Shown here: positions 1 through 12,950 of the stretch, one piece after another
How the letters are laid out: every line of letters starts with the position of its first letter
How positions within the stretch are numbered: position 1 is the stretch's first letter
The notes under the pieces: generated by a model
The model's database searches: none
What the model saw: the letters and a program-made list of their open reading frames with translations, nothing else
What the model was told of the DNA's origin: nothing
NCBI GenBank assembly: GCA_903911145.1
Contig: CAIWCD010000008.1
Span: 1 to 42,150 of the forward strand
Direction: 5' to 3'
Source: an uncultured delta proteobacterium
GTDB lineage: Bacteria > Myxococcota > Myxococcia > Myxococcales > 40CM-4-68-19
DNA: 42,150 bases
Translations under genes and position numbers: made by a program

Positions 1-311
1 GAACCATCGCCCGAGCCATCGCTGGAACCGTCGCCGGAGCCATCGCTGGAGCCATCGCCGGAGCCATCGCTGGAGCCATCGCTGGAGCCATCGCTGGAAC
101 CGTCGCTGGAACCGTCGCCCGAGCCATCGCTGGAACCATCGCCCGAGCCGTCGCTGGAACCATCGCCCGAGCCGTCGCTGGAACCATCGCCCGAGCCGTC
201 GCTGGAACCTTCGCCCGAGCCGTCGCTGGAACCATCGCCCGAGCCGTCGCCCGTCCCGTCGCCGGAACCATCGCCCGACCCATCGCTGGAACCGTCGCCG
301 GACCCGTCGGT
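1..311 (-). repeat. Degenerate 12-bp coding tandem repeat, about 25 units encoding (G/S)DGS
   Basis: Units such as gagccatcgctg, gaaccatcgccc and gagccgtcgctg, in frame with the hub CDS; continues to the window edge. Confidence 0.95.
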
Positions 312-2063
312 GGCGTCGTCAATGTCGAGTTCGAGCGTGTATTCACCCTCGGGAACATCGTCGAGATGGACGTGGCCGAGGATGTCGGTGGTGATCGAGC
401 GCGTACTGCCGTCGGAGAACGTGACCGTGCCGGAAACGGCGGCCATCGGCTGACCGTCGTCACCTCCGACGACGTCGAAGTCAATGCTGGTCAGCCGCGG
501 CCCGTCGCCCGAGCCGTCGCCGGAGCCGGAGCCCCCGCCGCAGCAGTCATCGTCGGAGAACGTGATTGTGTACGCGCCCTCGGGAACCTCATCGAGGCGA
601 ACGTTGCCAAACGCGTCGGTGATCACGTCGATCGTGCTGCCGTCGGAGAGCGTGACCTGTCCGGACGCACCGGCGATCGGGCGGTTGTTGGTCGCGTTGA
701 CGAGCGTGACCTCTATGAACGTCAGCGGCGGCTGCGCCTCGAGGATCTCGACGACGTAGTTGCCCTCGTCGACCTCGTCGATGTGAACGTGACCGTCGCT
801 GCCCGACGTCGTGTCGATCGGGTCCTTGCCCGGAATGTGGATGCGAATCTTCGCGTCGGGGATCGCGTTCCCGTCGTCGTCCTGCAGAATGAAATCGATG
901 TCCTGCTGGGGAGGACCGGACTGGTCGCTGTCACCGCTTGCGTCGTTGTTGGCGCCTGTCGGATCGGTGTCGTTGTTGTCGTCGTTGTCGTGGACGTCGT
1001 CGTTCGACGAATCGCCCCACTTGTCGCGCGCCACGTAGAAGACGACGACATATCCGGCAGCGTCGTAGAAGTGCTCGGCCTCGGTGACAACATACTTGCC
1101 CGAGTAGACGCCGACCTTCTTGATGTTGACCATCGCGCCGGGCTTGACAGCCGGGTCCCCGCGGACCTCGACCTCGGCGGTGATGAACTCCATCTGCGCG
1201 TGCGTCAGCGAAGCACCTGCGCAGGTGTCCGCGTGGGCCTGGTTGAGCACCTTCGCTTCAGCAAATGCGCGCTCGGCCTTCTCCGAGCCGAACCGGACCA
1301 TGTCGACGCCGGCCTTGCCTCCGGGGACGGTCCAGAACTCCTTGCCCTTGGCCGCGTTCCCCTCGAGGCCGGTCTTGCCCGCCGAGTCCCAGCCGAGGAC
1401 CTTGACCTTCGCGAGAGGCTTCCTGAAGTTCGCGACCGGGAGGAAGGTCTTGACCTCCACGCCGAAGGTGAAGACGCAGTCGTCCGAGTCCGAGAGGTGC
1501 GGGCGCTCGAAGTGGAGATCGTCGCCTTCGACCCAGAGGAGATAGCCCTCCTGCTCGGCGATGCGGCGCAGGAACGAGTAGTCGCTCTCGTTGGCTTGGA
1601 AGCGGAACGCCGAGACGGGATCGGGTCCGTCGCCCTTGTTGGTGTGGGGCGTGAGGCCTGCGTCGTTGCAGATCTGCTGCACGACGGTGAACGGCGTCGC
1701 GCCGGCATAGGTCTTGGTCTTGGTTCCGCGCATCAGCCGATGCGACTTGTCCATTCCGCGCAGGACGAGAACGACCGGACCGTTGCGCTCGAGTTCGCTG
1801 CGCCAGGCAGTGACTTCTCCCTCGAAGACGGTCTTGAGCTTGCCGACGGTGCCGAGGTCGATCTTGACCTTCGTGCAGTCCGCGAATGTGGGATCCGACT
1901 GCCACTTCAGTGCGGGATCAGAGACGACGATCTCAAATGCAGTCGCAGCGGTTCGCGTCTGGAAGACACGAATGGCGAGAACGGCGGCCGCCGCAGCCGG
2001 GTCCAGCTTCGTTCCATCGAGGTAGATGGCGAAGTCTGGTTTGTAGGAAGAGTCGTCGGGCAC
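1..2063 (-). CDS. Phage late-control D / gp27-like hub (VgrG N-terminal-like) protein with three transthyretin/prealbumin-like domains and a (G/S)DGS tail; 3' end runs off the window
   Basis: Not in the ORF track (no stop codon inside the window); translated by hand. GTG at 2063 with GAGG upstream. Reads [17 protein letters not shown]...[10 protein letters not shown]...[11 protein letters not shown]...[19 protein letters not shown]...VLGWD...RGDPAVKPG...[18 protein letters not shown], all typical VgrG/GpD hub motifs. Then an acidic linker, three ~55-aa repeats ending in (D/E)V(D/P)EGxY, and GDGS/SDGS repeats. Confidence 0.85.
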   Translation of the reverse strand, partial: MPDDSSYKPDFAIYLDGTKLDPAAAAAVLAIRVFQTRTAATAFEIVVSDPALKWQSDPTFADCTKVKIDLGTVGKLKTVFEGEVTAWRSELERNGPVVLVLRGMDKSHRLMRGTKTKTYAGATPFTVVQQICNDAGLTPHTNKGDGPDPVSAFRFQANESDYSFLRRIAEQEGYLLWVEGDDLHFERPHLSDSDDCVFTFGVEVKTFLPVANFRKPLAKVKVLGWDSAGKTGLEGNAAKGKEFWTVPGGKAGVDMVRFGSEKAERAFAEAKVLNQAHADTCAGASLTHAQMEFITAEVEVRGDPAVKPGAMVNIKKVGVYSGKYVVTEAEHFYDAAGYVVVFYVARDKWGDSSNDDVHDNDDNNDTDPTGANNDASGDSDQSGPPQQDIDFILQDDDGNAIPDAKIRIHIPGKDPIDTTSGSDGHVHIDEVDEGNYVVEILEAQPPLTFIEVTLVNATNNRPIAGASGQVTLSDGSTIDVITDAFGNVRLDEVPEGAYTITFSDDDCCGGGSGSGDGSGDGPRLTSIDFDVVGGDDGQPMAAVSGTVTFSDGSTRSITTDILGHVHLDDVPEGEYTLELDIDDATDGSGDGSSDGSGDGSGDGTGDGSGDGSSDGSGEGSSDGSGDGSSDGSGDGSSDGSGDGSSDGSGDGSSDGSSDGSSDGSSDGSGDGSSDGSGDGSSDGSGDG

Positions 2064-2196
2064 CGGGGTTGGGACCTCGAAGCGGCCAGACTGCAGGGAG
2101 CCGCCATCATAGCCCAGAAAGCTACTGGCTGGAAGAGCGTTCCGACTTGCGCGGGAAAGTCTTTGAAATCAATACGTTCCACGCCGAGGGCGATTT

Positions 2197-5136
<2,940 letters not shown>

Positions 5137-5197
5137 CAGCAACCTCCGTTCCCGCACGCCTCTTGCGCCCGATGTTTGTCGGTGCGCGAGAGGCGTG

Positions 5198-5226
5198 TTG
5201 ACTTGAGCGCCCTTCCCGACTAGACG
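5198..5226 (+). promoter_or_regulatory. Candidate sigma70 promoter of rho
   Basis: TTGACT-N17-TAGACG about 110 bp upstream of rho. Confidence 0.4.
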
Positions 5227-5336
5227 CAGCCTTCTTCCACTCAAGCCGCACGCGCGCCGCTTCGGGCTTTCCGCCCGGCGAGCAGCGCTAGCGAGCGACC
5301 CGCACTCCGCGGGCAACGCTCCCCCAAACAAAGGCC

Positions 5337-6587
5337 GTGACGATGAATCTGTCCGAACTGAAGGCGATGAAGATCACCGCGCTGGCGAAGCTCGCCAAGG
5401 ACCTCAACGTCGAGATGCCCGGGGCGTTGCGTCGGCAGGAGCTGATCTTCCACATCCTGCAGGCGCAGAAGAGCGACACGCTGATCGAGGCTGAGGGTGT
5501 GCTCGAGGTGTTGCCCGACGGATTCGGCTTTCTGCGCAGTCCCGATTTCTCCTTCAGCCCGGGCCCCGACGACATCTACGTCTCGCCCTCGCAGGTGCGC
5601 CGCTTCAATCTCCGCACGGGCGACATGCTCAAGGGACAAATTCGGCAGCCCAAGGATTCCGAGCGCTACTTCGCGCTGCTCAAGATCGATCAGATCAACT
5701 TCGCCGAGCCGATCGAGGGCGCGCCGAAGGTCCTCTTCGACAACCTCACGGCGCTCTACCCGACGCGCTCGATCAACCTCGAGCACAGCAAGACGGAGAT
5801 GAGCACGCGCATCATCAATCTGCTCAATCCGATCGGGTTCGGGCAGCGCGCGCTGATCGTCGCGCCGCCGCGTGCAGGTAAGACAGTCCTTCTGCAGGAC
5901 ATCGCGCACGCGATCGCGGCGAACCATCCCGATGCCTTCCTCATTGTGTTGCTCATCGACGAGCGGCCCGAGGAAGTCACCGACATGCAGCGCACGGTGA
6001 AGGGCCAGGTCGTCTCGTCAACCTTCGACGAACCTGCGACACGCCACGTGCAGGTTGCCGAGATGGTCGGCGAGCAGGCCAAGCGGCTCGTCGAGCAGGG
6101 GCGCGACGTGATCATCCTGCTCGACTCGATCACCCGCCTTGCGCGCGCCTACAACGCGACCGTTCCGTCGAGCGGAAAGATTCTCTCCGGCGGCGTCGAT
6201 TCGAATGCGCTGCACAAGCCCAAGCGCTTCTTCGGCGCCGCGCGAAATTGCGAAGAGGGCGGCTCGCTGACCATCATCGGCACGGCGCTCGTCGACACCG
6301 GCTCGCGCATGGACGAGGTGATCTTCGAGGAGTTCAAGGGCACCGGCAACAGCGAGATCGTGCTCGATCGCAAGCTGATGGAGAAGCGCATCTTCCCCTG
6401 CCTCGACATCAACAAGTCGGGCACGCGCAAGGAGGAGCTGCTGATGGATGACAAGCAGCTCAACCGCGTCTGGATCCTGCGGCAGCTGCTGCATCCGCTC
6501 AACGTGATCGACTCGATGGAGTTCCTCCTCGCCAAGCTGCGCGGGACCAAGAGCAACAAGGAGTTCCTCGATTCAATGAGTCGGTAG
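5337..6587 (+). CDS. rho: Transcription termination factor Rho
   Basis: [60 protein letters not shown] 5343 is an alternative start. Confidence 0.98.
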   Translation: MTMNLSELKAMKITALAKLAKDLNVEMPGALRRQELIFHILQAQKSDTLIEAEGVLEVLPDGFGFLRSPDFSFSPGPDDIYVSPSQVRRFNLRTGDMLKGQIRQPKDSERYFALLKIDQINFAEPIEGAPKVLFDNLTALYPTRSINLEHSKTEMSTRIINLLNPIGFGQRALIVAPPRAGKTVLLQDIAHAIAANHPDAFLIVLLIDERPEEVTDMQRTVKGQVVSSTFDEPATRHVQVAEMVGEQAKRLVEQGRDVIILLDSITRLARAYNATVPSSGKILSGGVDSNALHKPKRFFGAARNCEEGGSLTIIGTALVDTGSRMDEVIFEEFKGTGNSEIVLDRKLMEKRIFPCLDINKSGTRKEELLMDDKQLNRVWILRQLLHPLNVIDSMEFLLAKLRGTKSNKEFLDSMSR

Positions 6588-6995
6588 GTGCCGATGCGCC
6601 CGGTCGAGATCGTCGGCGCGATGGTCGCGCTCATCGGCGCAGCGCGGCTCGCAACGGTCGAACTTCGCGACGTGCGCTCGCATCCAATCGACGAGCGCTA
6701 TGCGGGACTTGCAGAGCGGATTCCGCTCCACGCGACGGTCGGCTACATCGCAGAAGAAGGACTCGAGACGCTCGAAGGGCAGCGCCGCTTCAGCCAGGCG
6801 AGCTACTCGCTCGCTCCGCGCCTCGTGCTCCCGGATGACGGCGCGACCGCGCTGGTGCTGGTCGATCTCGACCACGCGGCTCAAACGAAGGCGCACGCAG
6901 CCTCCGCCGCGATGACCGTGGTGCTCACGCTCCCCTCGGGCGTCGCCCTCCTTGAACGATCACAGCCAAGCACCGCGCACCCCGCAAACAGATAG
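6588..6995 (+). CDS. Hypothetical protein with N-terminal hydrophobic segment
   Basis: Starts immediately after the rho stop; N-terminal hydrophobic stretch; QASYSLAP motif; precedes a GT-C-like gene. Confidence 0.6.
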   Translation: MPMRPVEIVGAMVALIGAARLATVELRDVRSHPIDERYAGLAERIPLHATVGYIAEEGLETLEGQRRFSQASYSLAPRLVLPDDGATALVLVDLDHAAQTKAHAASAAMTVVLTLPSGVALLERSQPSTAHPANR

Positions 6996-7048
6996 TCAGT
7001 ATTCTGTACTTAGAATTCGGTACTGACTGTATTTTGACGAATTTTACC

Positions 7049-8380
7049 ATGCATCGACAGACCGATCGACAGGCCGCCGCAACCTCCCGGGCGCTGGGGT
7101 TGGCGCTCGCGGTGGCGCCTTCGATAGCGACCAGCGCAGCGATCGGCTTCGCGTTGATGCTCGCGGGACACGGTCAACTGCTGCTCGGCTCGACGTCGTC
7201 GGCGAAGGCCGCGGCGACGCTGCTGTTGCTGGTCGGAGCAGGCGGCGCGCTCTTGCTTCAACGATCGCTCGCACCCTTGCTGGGCGCGGCCGCGCGCACC
7301 GAAGAAGAAGGAGAGCCGATGCCGCGGTGGCTGCAGTGGAGCATCGCGCTCGCGCTGCTGCTGCTGGTTGGCACGACGCTGCATGCGACCTGGCGCGCAC
7401 CCGACGGCGGCTGGGACGCCTGGTCGATCTGGAACTCGCGCGCACGCGCTCTTCTGCGCAGCGGCGGCGACGTGCGGCTGGCCTGCGCGGCTGGGCGCGG
7501 AGCGGCGCTGTTCACGCTCCACCCCGAATATCCGTTGCTGCTGCCAACCATGATCGCTCTTGGTTGGCGCTCGCTGGGCAGCGAGACACCACTGGTTCCG
7601 ATGCTCCTTGGCCTGGCGCCTGCGCTCTGGCTTGCAGCGATCGGCGCACTGGTGATCGCGCGCTCGTCGGCCAGGAGCGCGGGTTTCACGACGCTGCTGC
7701 TCTTGACGACGCCGGAGTTTGCGAGGATGGCATCCGCGCAATATGCGGAGCTGGCGCTCAGCGTCCTCGTCATGACCGCGCTGGCGCTGCTCCTGCTCGC
7801 TGACGAACTTGTCGAGACGCAACCGGGACGCAGGTGGCTCCTCCTGCTGGCTGGGCATTCACTGGGCCTCGCTGCGCTGGTGAAGCACGAAGGGCTGGTC
7901 TGGCTCCTCGCCTGCGCACTGGTGACGCTGGTTTCGCGGCGCCGCGATCTTCTCCCGTTCGCTCTGGGCGCGGCTCTCCCGCTCGTGCTGCTCGGCTGGT
8001 TCAAGCACTCCTTCGCGCCGCCCAGCGATCTCGCGAATGGCGACCTCGTGACGACGTTGGCGCACCTGCCGACGCGCATCGGTCAGACCGCACTCGGGCT
8101 GGTCCGCCGCATCGTCTATGTGCAGGCGTGGGGCGTCCATCTGCTCGCCGTCACTGCGATGCTCGCTCTGCGCATGCACCGCCGGGATCTGTCGCGACCG
8201 GCCCTCGCGCTTCTGTCGATCTGCGGCGTCGTGCTGGGCGGGTTTCTCTGCGCCTATCTCATCTCGCCGCACGAACTCACCTGGCATCTACATGCGTCGA
8301 TCGATCGGCTGCTTTTGCAGCTCTGGCCTCCTGCGCTGCTCGCGCTCGGACTGCCTCAGCGCGTCCCCGCGCGCGCATAG
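7049..8380 (+). CDS. Multi-pass membrane glycosyltransferase (GT-C / family 39-like)
   Basis: Many TM segments with GGWDAWSIWNSRAR, HPEYPLLLP, QYAE and KHEG motifs, typical of GT-C-like membrane proteins. Confidence 0.65.
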   Translation: MHRQTDRQAAATSRALGLALAVAPSIATSAAIGFALMLAGHGQLLLGSTSSAKAAATLLLLVGAGGALLLQRSLAPLLGAAARTEEEGEPMPRWLQWSIALALLLLVGTTLHATWRAPDGGWDAWSIWNSRARALLRSGGDVRLACAAGRGAALFTLHPEYPLLLPTMIALGWRSLGSETPLVPMLLGLAPALWLAAIGALVIARSSARSAGFTTLLLLTTPEFARMASAQYAELALSVLVMTALALLLLADELVETQPGRRWLLLLAGHSLGLAALVKHEGLVWLLACALVTLVSRRRDLLPFALGAALPLVLLGWFKHSFAPPSDLANGDLVTTLAHLPTRIGQTALGLVRRIVYVQAWGVHLLAVTAMLALRMHRRDLSRPALALLSICGVVLGGFLCAYLISPHELTWHLHASIDRLLLQLWPPALLALGLPQRVPARA

Positions 8381-9123
8381 CCGACCAGCTCTTGCGGCGA
8401 GGTCTCTCGGTAGACGCCGATGCGATAGAGCGCCGTGCGGCTGCGTCCGCCATGATCCTGCCCCGCGACGGCAGCGCGGTAGCCCGCAGCAATCACCACG
8501 GGTTCGATCCGCGCCCGCACTGAATTGTAGGGATACGCGAACAGGTCGATCGGCGCGCCGAGTCCCGCCTCGAGCTCTCGCCGCGAACCGCGAAGCTCCT
8601 CGAGGAGCGCCTTGTCATCGAGTTCGGGAAGGCGCGGATGCGTGCGCGAGTGCGAGCCGATCTCCATGCCCGCCGCGTGCAGCGCGCGAACCTCTGGCCA
8701 GGTCAACACCGGGTGCGAACTTTCATCGGCACCGGCCGGATGAAGAGAACGATGCGCTTCGTCGTCGCCGATCCAGCTGGAGACGACAAAGAACGTCGCG
8801 ACCATCCCCCGGGCACGCAGCGCCGGCAGGACAACTCTGATCGCATCGGCTGTGCCGTCATCGAACGTGAGCACGATCGGCCGCTCTGGGAGAGGAGTTG
8901 CGCGATCGGCGTGATCGAGCAGTGCCGAGAGCGGCACGGAATGAAAGCCCGCGGCCACCAGCGCATCGAGCTGGGCGACGAACTGCGTCGGAGTCACATC
9001 GAGGCGACCGGGCGAGTCGACGACCGCGTGAAAGCCGAGGATCGGAACATCGGGCCGCCCACGGCACGCGGCCGCACACAAGACGAGCGCAACGAGAAGT
9101 AGCGAGCATCGCGTCGTGCGCAT
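8356..9123 (-). CDS. Polysaccharide deacetylase family protein (NodB/CE4), probable lipoprotein
   Basis: LTFDDG, EIGSHSRTHP and FAYPY motifs; N-terminal signal ending in LCAAAC. Confidence 0.88.
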   Translation of the reverse strand: MRTTRCSLLLVALVLCAAACRGRPDVPILGFHAVVDSPGRLDVTPTQFVAQLDALVAAGFHSVPLSALLDHADRATPLPERPIVLTFDDGTADAIRVVLPALRARGMVATFFVVSSWIGDDEAHRSLHPAGADESSHPVLTWPEVRALHAAGMEIGSHSRTHPRLPELDDKALLEELRGSRRELEAGLGAPIDLFAYPYNSVRARIEPVVIAAGYRAAVAGQDHGGRSRTALYRIGVYRETSPQELVGYARAGTR

Positions 9124-9126
9124 CGC

Positions 9127-10236
9127 TCAGACCGCTCCCGGTCCGCGGCGTAGGAAGCGCGCGCTCAAAGCCGCCCCCAGCAAGGTCGTGGGAAGATCAG
9201 GCAACAGCGCCGCAAGCCACACCGACGTTCCATGCTCGGCGAGTGCGACTCCGGCCCGCGAGAGCGCAAAGTAGATTGCGAAGACGAGCAGCGTGGTGAG
9301 GTAGGCGGCGCCCCGACTGCCTCCGGTGAGTGCAGCAAGAGGCACCGAGAGCAGAGCGAAAAGCAGGCAGGCCAGAGGCGCCACTGCGCGCCGGGCCTCG
9401 TCCAGACGCGCCCGCTGCGCCAGGCCCGGACGACCCGCCGCATCCATCTCGACAGCGCGCGCACGCAGCGCCTCGACCGAGAGCGCGGCCTCGTTGGTCG
9501 CGAAGCGATTCTTGTTCTCCAGCCATTCCCGCACGTCGATCGCGATCCGCGCAGAGGAGAAGCGGGCCACCGTCTCGCTCTGCGCATCGCTGCGATGCAG
9601 CTCGCCGCGCTCCATTGCGAGCGTGAGCGAATCCTGGCTGCGCTCGAGACTTCCCGCTTGCGCAAACGCCAGCATCGGCCCGCCCTGCTCCGTGCGATCC
9701 TCGAGGAGAACGCCCTTCCACCGCCGCCCTCGCGCCTGAACTTCGGACTGCTCGAAGAAGAGCATCAGCCGCGGAATCGGATCGTTGAAGACGCCCGGTG
9801 ACAGACCCGTCTCGAGATTGCGAGAGAGCACGGCATCGACAGTGTGATTGAGCGAGGCGAGTCCCTGCGGCTCGGCCCAACGAACCAGCGCAGCCGTGGC
9901 ACAGGCGAAGAGAAGCCCGAGCAGCAGCGGCACGCGATAGAGCGCAAGCGGCGAGCGCCCGACCGCAGCCAGAGCCAGCAGTTCGCGATCGGAAGCGAGC
10001 CGACCGACCGCGAGCTGGATGCCGAGCACATAGGCGATCGGCGCGGCCATGACGAGGAAGTGAGGGAGCAGACCGAGCGTGACGCGCACAAGATCACCGA
10101 GCGTCACTGCGCCGCTGAAGACAATCTCATTGAGCTGGAGGAGCTGGCCGAGCACGAGCAGTTGCAGGATCGCGAAGAGGCCGACCAGCAGAGGAAGGAG
10201 CGCTTCGCGCAGCAGCATGCGATCGAGCAGGGTCAC
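9127..10236 (-). CDS. LptF/LptG family permease
   Basis: TLLDRMLLRE start (GTG 10236), GRLASDRELLALAAVGRS, PGVFND, periplasmic beta-rich region, three C-terminal TMs. Confidence 0.88.
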   Translation of the reverse strand: MTLLDRMLLREALLPLLVGLFAILQLLVLGQLLQLNEIVFSGAVTLGDLVRVTLGLLPHFLVMAAPIAYVLGIQLAVGRLASDRELLALAAVGRSPLALYRVPLLLGLLFACATAALVRWAEPQGLASLNHTVDAVLSRNLETGLSPGVFNDPIPRLMLFFEQSEVQARGRRWKGVLLEDRTEQGGPMLAFAQAGSLERSQDSLTLAMERGELHRSDAQSETVARFSSARIAIDVREWLENKNRFATNEAALSVEALRARAVEMDAAGRPGLAQRARLDEARRAVAPLACLLFALLSVPLAALTGGSRGAAYLTTLLVFAIYFALSRAGVALAEHGTSVWLAALLPDLPTTLLGAALSARFLRRGPGAV

Positions 10237-10302
10237 CGGGGCGCAACATAGCAGCGGTGCGGGCGGCCCGACTTCGGCCAAGTGGCGTGATACGAAGCGG
10301 TC

Positions 10303-11574
10303 GTGTCCACGACGGAGAGAATCGGTCGCGCGCTCGCGGCAGCCGGCCTCGCCACACACGCGCTCTTTGCGCCGATCTCGATCGCGGCCACGCAGATCGG
10401 GCTCGGGGTTGCCTTCTCGGGATTGATTCTCTGCGCGCTCGCCGGAAGGCGCCCAGCGCGGACGCCGCTCGATCTCTCGCTCGCGCTCTTCGTCGCCGCC
10501 GCGCTCGCCTCCACGATCTTCTCGCGCGAAGGAACGGGCTCGGCAATCAACTTCACGCTCTGGCGCCACGCCGCCGGATTCTGGATCTGCTGGCAGACCT
10601 TCACTCTCGCCTCGGACGCAAGAGTGAGCGCCGCGCGGGTGCTCGCCCTCGCCGGCGTCGGACTCGCAGCCGCATCGCTCGTCGGGATCCTGCAGTACCG
10701 CACCGGCATCGACGTCGTGCACGCGCTGCATCTGCGCCGCGACGAGCGGCTCGTCGGCGCCCCTGGCGTTCCCGAGCGATTCGCCGCGATGGGCTTCTTC
10801 ATCTCGCGCCTGACATTCGGACACAACGCAATGATCCTGGTCGCGCTCCTCGTCGGCGCGGCGATCTTCGCGGATCTCTCGACGCGGCTGCGGGCATGGC
10901 AGTTGACCGCCAGCGCGCTCGGCCTCTGCGCGATCGTGCTCACCTTCGATCGCGCGGCATGGCTGGGCCTCTTCGCGGCCGCGCTCGCTCTCGGCGTCTG
11001 CTGGTTCGTCCGGCGTTCAAGCAGCGCGCACCCGGATAAGGATCGGGGCGGAGGACGAACGGCGCTGCTCATCGCCGCTGCATTTTCGCTCTTGTGCGTC
11101 GTCGCGGGCCTGGTCCCCTCTGTACGCGCACGATTCGCCTCCGCCTTCGATGTCCAGCAGAACAGCGACCGGATCTTCCTCTGGACGCGCGCGCTCGAAA
11201 TCATCCGCGACCACCCACTCCTCGGCATCGGCTTCGGCAACTATCCGCGCGTCTGCTCGCGCTACTACGATCTCGTCGACCCGAGCTTCCCGATGCGGAC
11301 CTGGGCGCACAACTCGCTGCTTTCGCTCACCGCGGAAACGGGCTTCGTGGGGCTTTGCGCAGTCGCACTGCTCGCCTTCGCGATCGTGCGCGCGCTACTC
11401 GTGCGTTTGCGCGAAGGTGGCCGATTCACGGCGGGTGCGATCGCGAGCGCATGCGCGCTGCTCGTGGTCGCGCAGATGCACGACGTCGTCTACGACAGCA
11501 AGGTGATGTATCCGCTCTGGCTGGCGCTGGTGGTCGGACTGCACCCGCGGCTCGGCGCGCAAACCAGGAACTAG
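10303..11574 (+). CDS. O-antigen ligase (WaaL/Wzy_C) family protein
   Basis: Multi-TM protein with TFDRAAWLG, RIFLW...HPLLGIGFGNY and AHNSLL...ETGFVG. Confidence 0.9.
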   Translation: MSTTERIGRALAAAGLATHALFAPISIAATQIGLGVAFSGLILCALAGRRPARTPLDLSLALFVAAALASTIFSREGTGSAINFTLWRHAAGFWICWQTFTLASDARVSAARVLALAGVGLAAASLVGILQYRTGIDVVHALHLRRDERLVGAPGVPERFAAMGFFISRLTFGHNAMILVALLVGAAIFADLSTRLRAWQLTASALGLCAIVLTFDRAAWLGLFAAALALGVCWFVRRSSSAHPDKDRGGGRTALLIAAAFSLLCVVAGLVPSVRARFASAFDVQQNSDRIFLWTRALEIIRDHPLLGIGFGNYPRVCSRYYDLVDPSFPMRTWAHNSLLSLTAETGFVGLCAVALLAFAIVRALLVRLREGGRFTAGAIASACALLVVAQMHDVVYDSKVMYPLWLALVVGLHPRLGAQTRN

Positions 11575-12347
11575 GCGACCGACTTGCCTTCAGCCGTGCG
11601 CGGCTCGACGCGAAGCTGCGCCGAGAAGAGCCCGTAGCGCAGAATGCAATAGACGGCGCGGAAGGCGTCTTTGAGGCGGATCTTCTTGCCCTCGGCGATC
11701 GAGCGCGGCTTGTACGAGATCGGCCGCTCGGCGAGGCGCAGACCGAACCGCTTGCGATAGTGACCGAGCAGCGCTGTCACCTCCGGCTCGAAGCCGAACC
11801 GCTCCTCGCGAAGCGGAAGCGCTCGCAGGACCTCGGCGCGGAAGAGTTTGTAGCAGGTCTCCATGTCAGTCACGCGCAGGCCCGTGGCGACATTCGACGC
11901 GAACGTCAGCATCCGATTCGCGAGCGTGTGCAGCAGCGGAAAACCCTTGTGCCCGAGGAGAAACCGGCTCCCGAAGACGACCTCCGCTTCACCGCGTTCG
12001 ATCGGCTCGAGCAGGCTCGGAAGCTCTGCCGGGTCGTATTCGAAGTCGGCGTCCTGAACGACGACGACCTCTCCGCGCGCCTCCGCAAAACCGCGATGCA
12101 GCGCCGCGCCCTTGCCGCGATTCTGCTCCTGCCGATAGCAGCGGATGGTCGTGCGCCCGGTCGGATCCGCGCTCGTCACCAGCGAAGGATCCGCGCTCAC
12201 TTTCGCGAGCACCTCCTGCGTGCCGTCGCGCGAGGAGTCGTCGACGACGATCAGCTCCTTCTCGAGGGGAACCCGCGCCACGCGCCGCAACACCTCAAGC
12301 ACATGCTGCTCTTCATTGTAGACGGGGATGATGATGCTGACCTTCAC
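11571..12347 (-). CDS. Glycosyltransferase family 2 (DPM-synthase-like)
   Basis: IIIPVYNE, VVDDSSRDGT, NRGKGAA, QDADFEYDP, TDMETCYK, FGFEPEVT. Confidence 0.92.
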   Translation of the reverse strand: MKVSIIIPVYNEEQHVLEVLRRVARVPLEKELIVVDDSSRDGTQEVLAKVSADPSLVTSADPTGRTTIRCYRQEQNRGKGAALHRGFAEARGEVVVVQDADFEYDPAELPSLLEPIERGEAEVVFGSRFLLGHKGFPLLHTLANRMLTFASNVATGLRVTDMETCYKLFRAEVLRALPLREERFGFEPEVTALLGHYRKRFGLRLAERPISYKPRSIAEGKKIRLKDAFRAVYCILRYGLFSAQLRVEPRTAEGKSVA

Positions 12348-12415
12348 GCGTGCGCTCCACTCCCCAAAAACGGCGCGCGCACCCTGCTGCTGCGGGGCTT
12401 TGAAGTCAAGCGCAC

Positions 12416-12444
12416 TTGACGTGGCGCGAATCCTCCGCTAGTGA
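12416..12444 (+). promoter_or_regulatory. Candidate sigma70 promoter of rpmE
   Basis: TTGACG-N17-TAGTGA about 75 bp upstream of the rpmE start. Confidence 0.4.
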
Positions 12445-12518
12445 CCCGGCCCCATTTCGTCGGCCAGGACCCCGCCCACAACCGGGCGAGCAAGCGGCCC
12501 ACACAAGAGGCAACCACG

Positions 12519-12827
12519 ATGCGCTCGGATATCCACCCCGCCTACAACATCTCCAAGATCTCCTGCGCCTGCGGAAACAGCTGGGAGACCCGCTCGACCG
12601 CGACGGAGCTGCACCTCGACGTCTGCTCGAGCTGCCACCCGTTCTTCACCGGCAAGCAGAAGCTGATGGACACGGCCGGCCGCATCGATCGCTTCAACAA
12701 GAAGTACGCTGGCGCTGCAGCGAAGAAGGCCGAAGCGGCCGCCGTGGAGACGAAGCCTGCCGAGGAGAAGGCGGCGAAGGCGCCCAAGGCCAAGAAGGAG
12801 AAGGCCGAGAAGAAGTCGGAGGCTTAG
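12519..12827 (+). CDS. rpmE: 50S ribosomal protein L31 (zinc-binding type) with Lys/Ala/Glu-rich C-terminal extension
   Basis: [44 protein letters not shown]. Confidence 0.96.
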   Translation: MRSDIHPAYNISKISCACGNSWETRSTATELHLDVCSSCHPFFTGKQKLMDTAGRIDRFNKKYAGAAAKKAEAAAVETKPAEEKAAKAPKAKKEKAEKKSEA

Positions 12828-12859
12828 GCCTCACGCAGTCCACACTATCGAGCAGCTAC

Positions 12860-12906
12860 CGGAGCGCGGCCCGAGCATTACTGCTCGCCGCGCTCCGTTC
12901 ATTTTC
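12860..12906 (+). terminator. Intrinsic terminator-like hairpin between convergent rpmE and mrpC
   Basis: CGGAGCGCGGC-cc-GAGCA-ttac-TGCTC-GCCGCGCTCCG followed by TTCATTTT. Confidence 0.65.
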
Positions 12907-12950
12907 TGCGTCCCCGCACGCAATGCGCACGGCGCGGGGAACTTCCGCGA

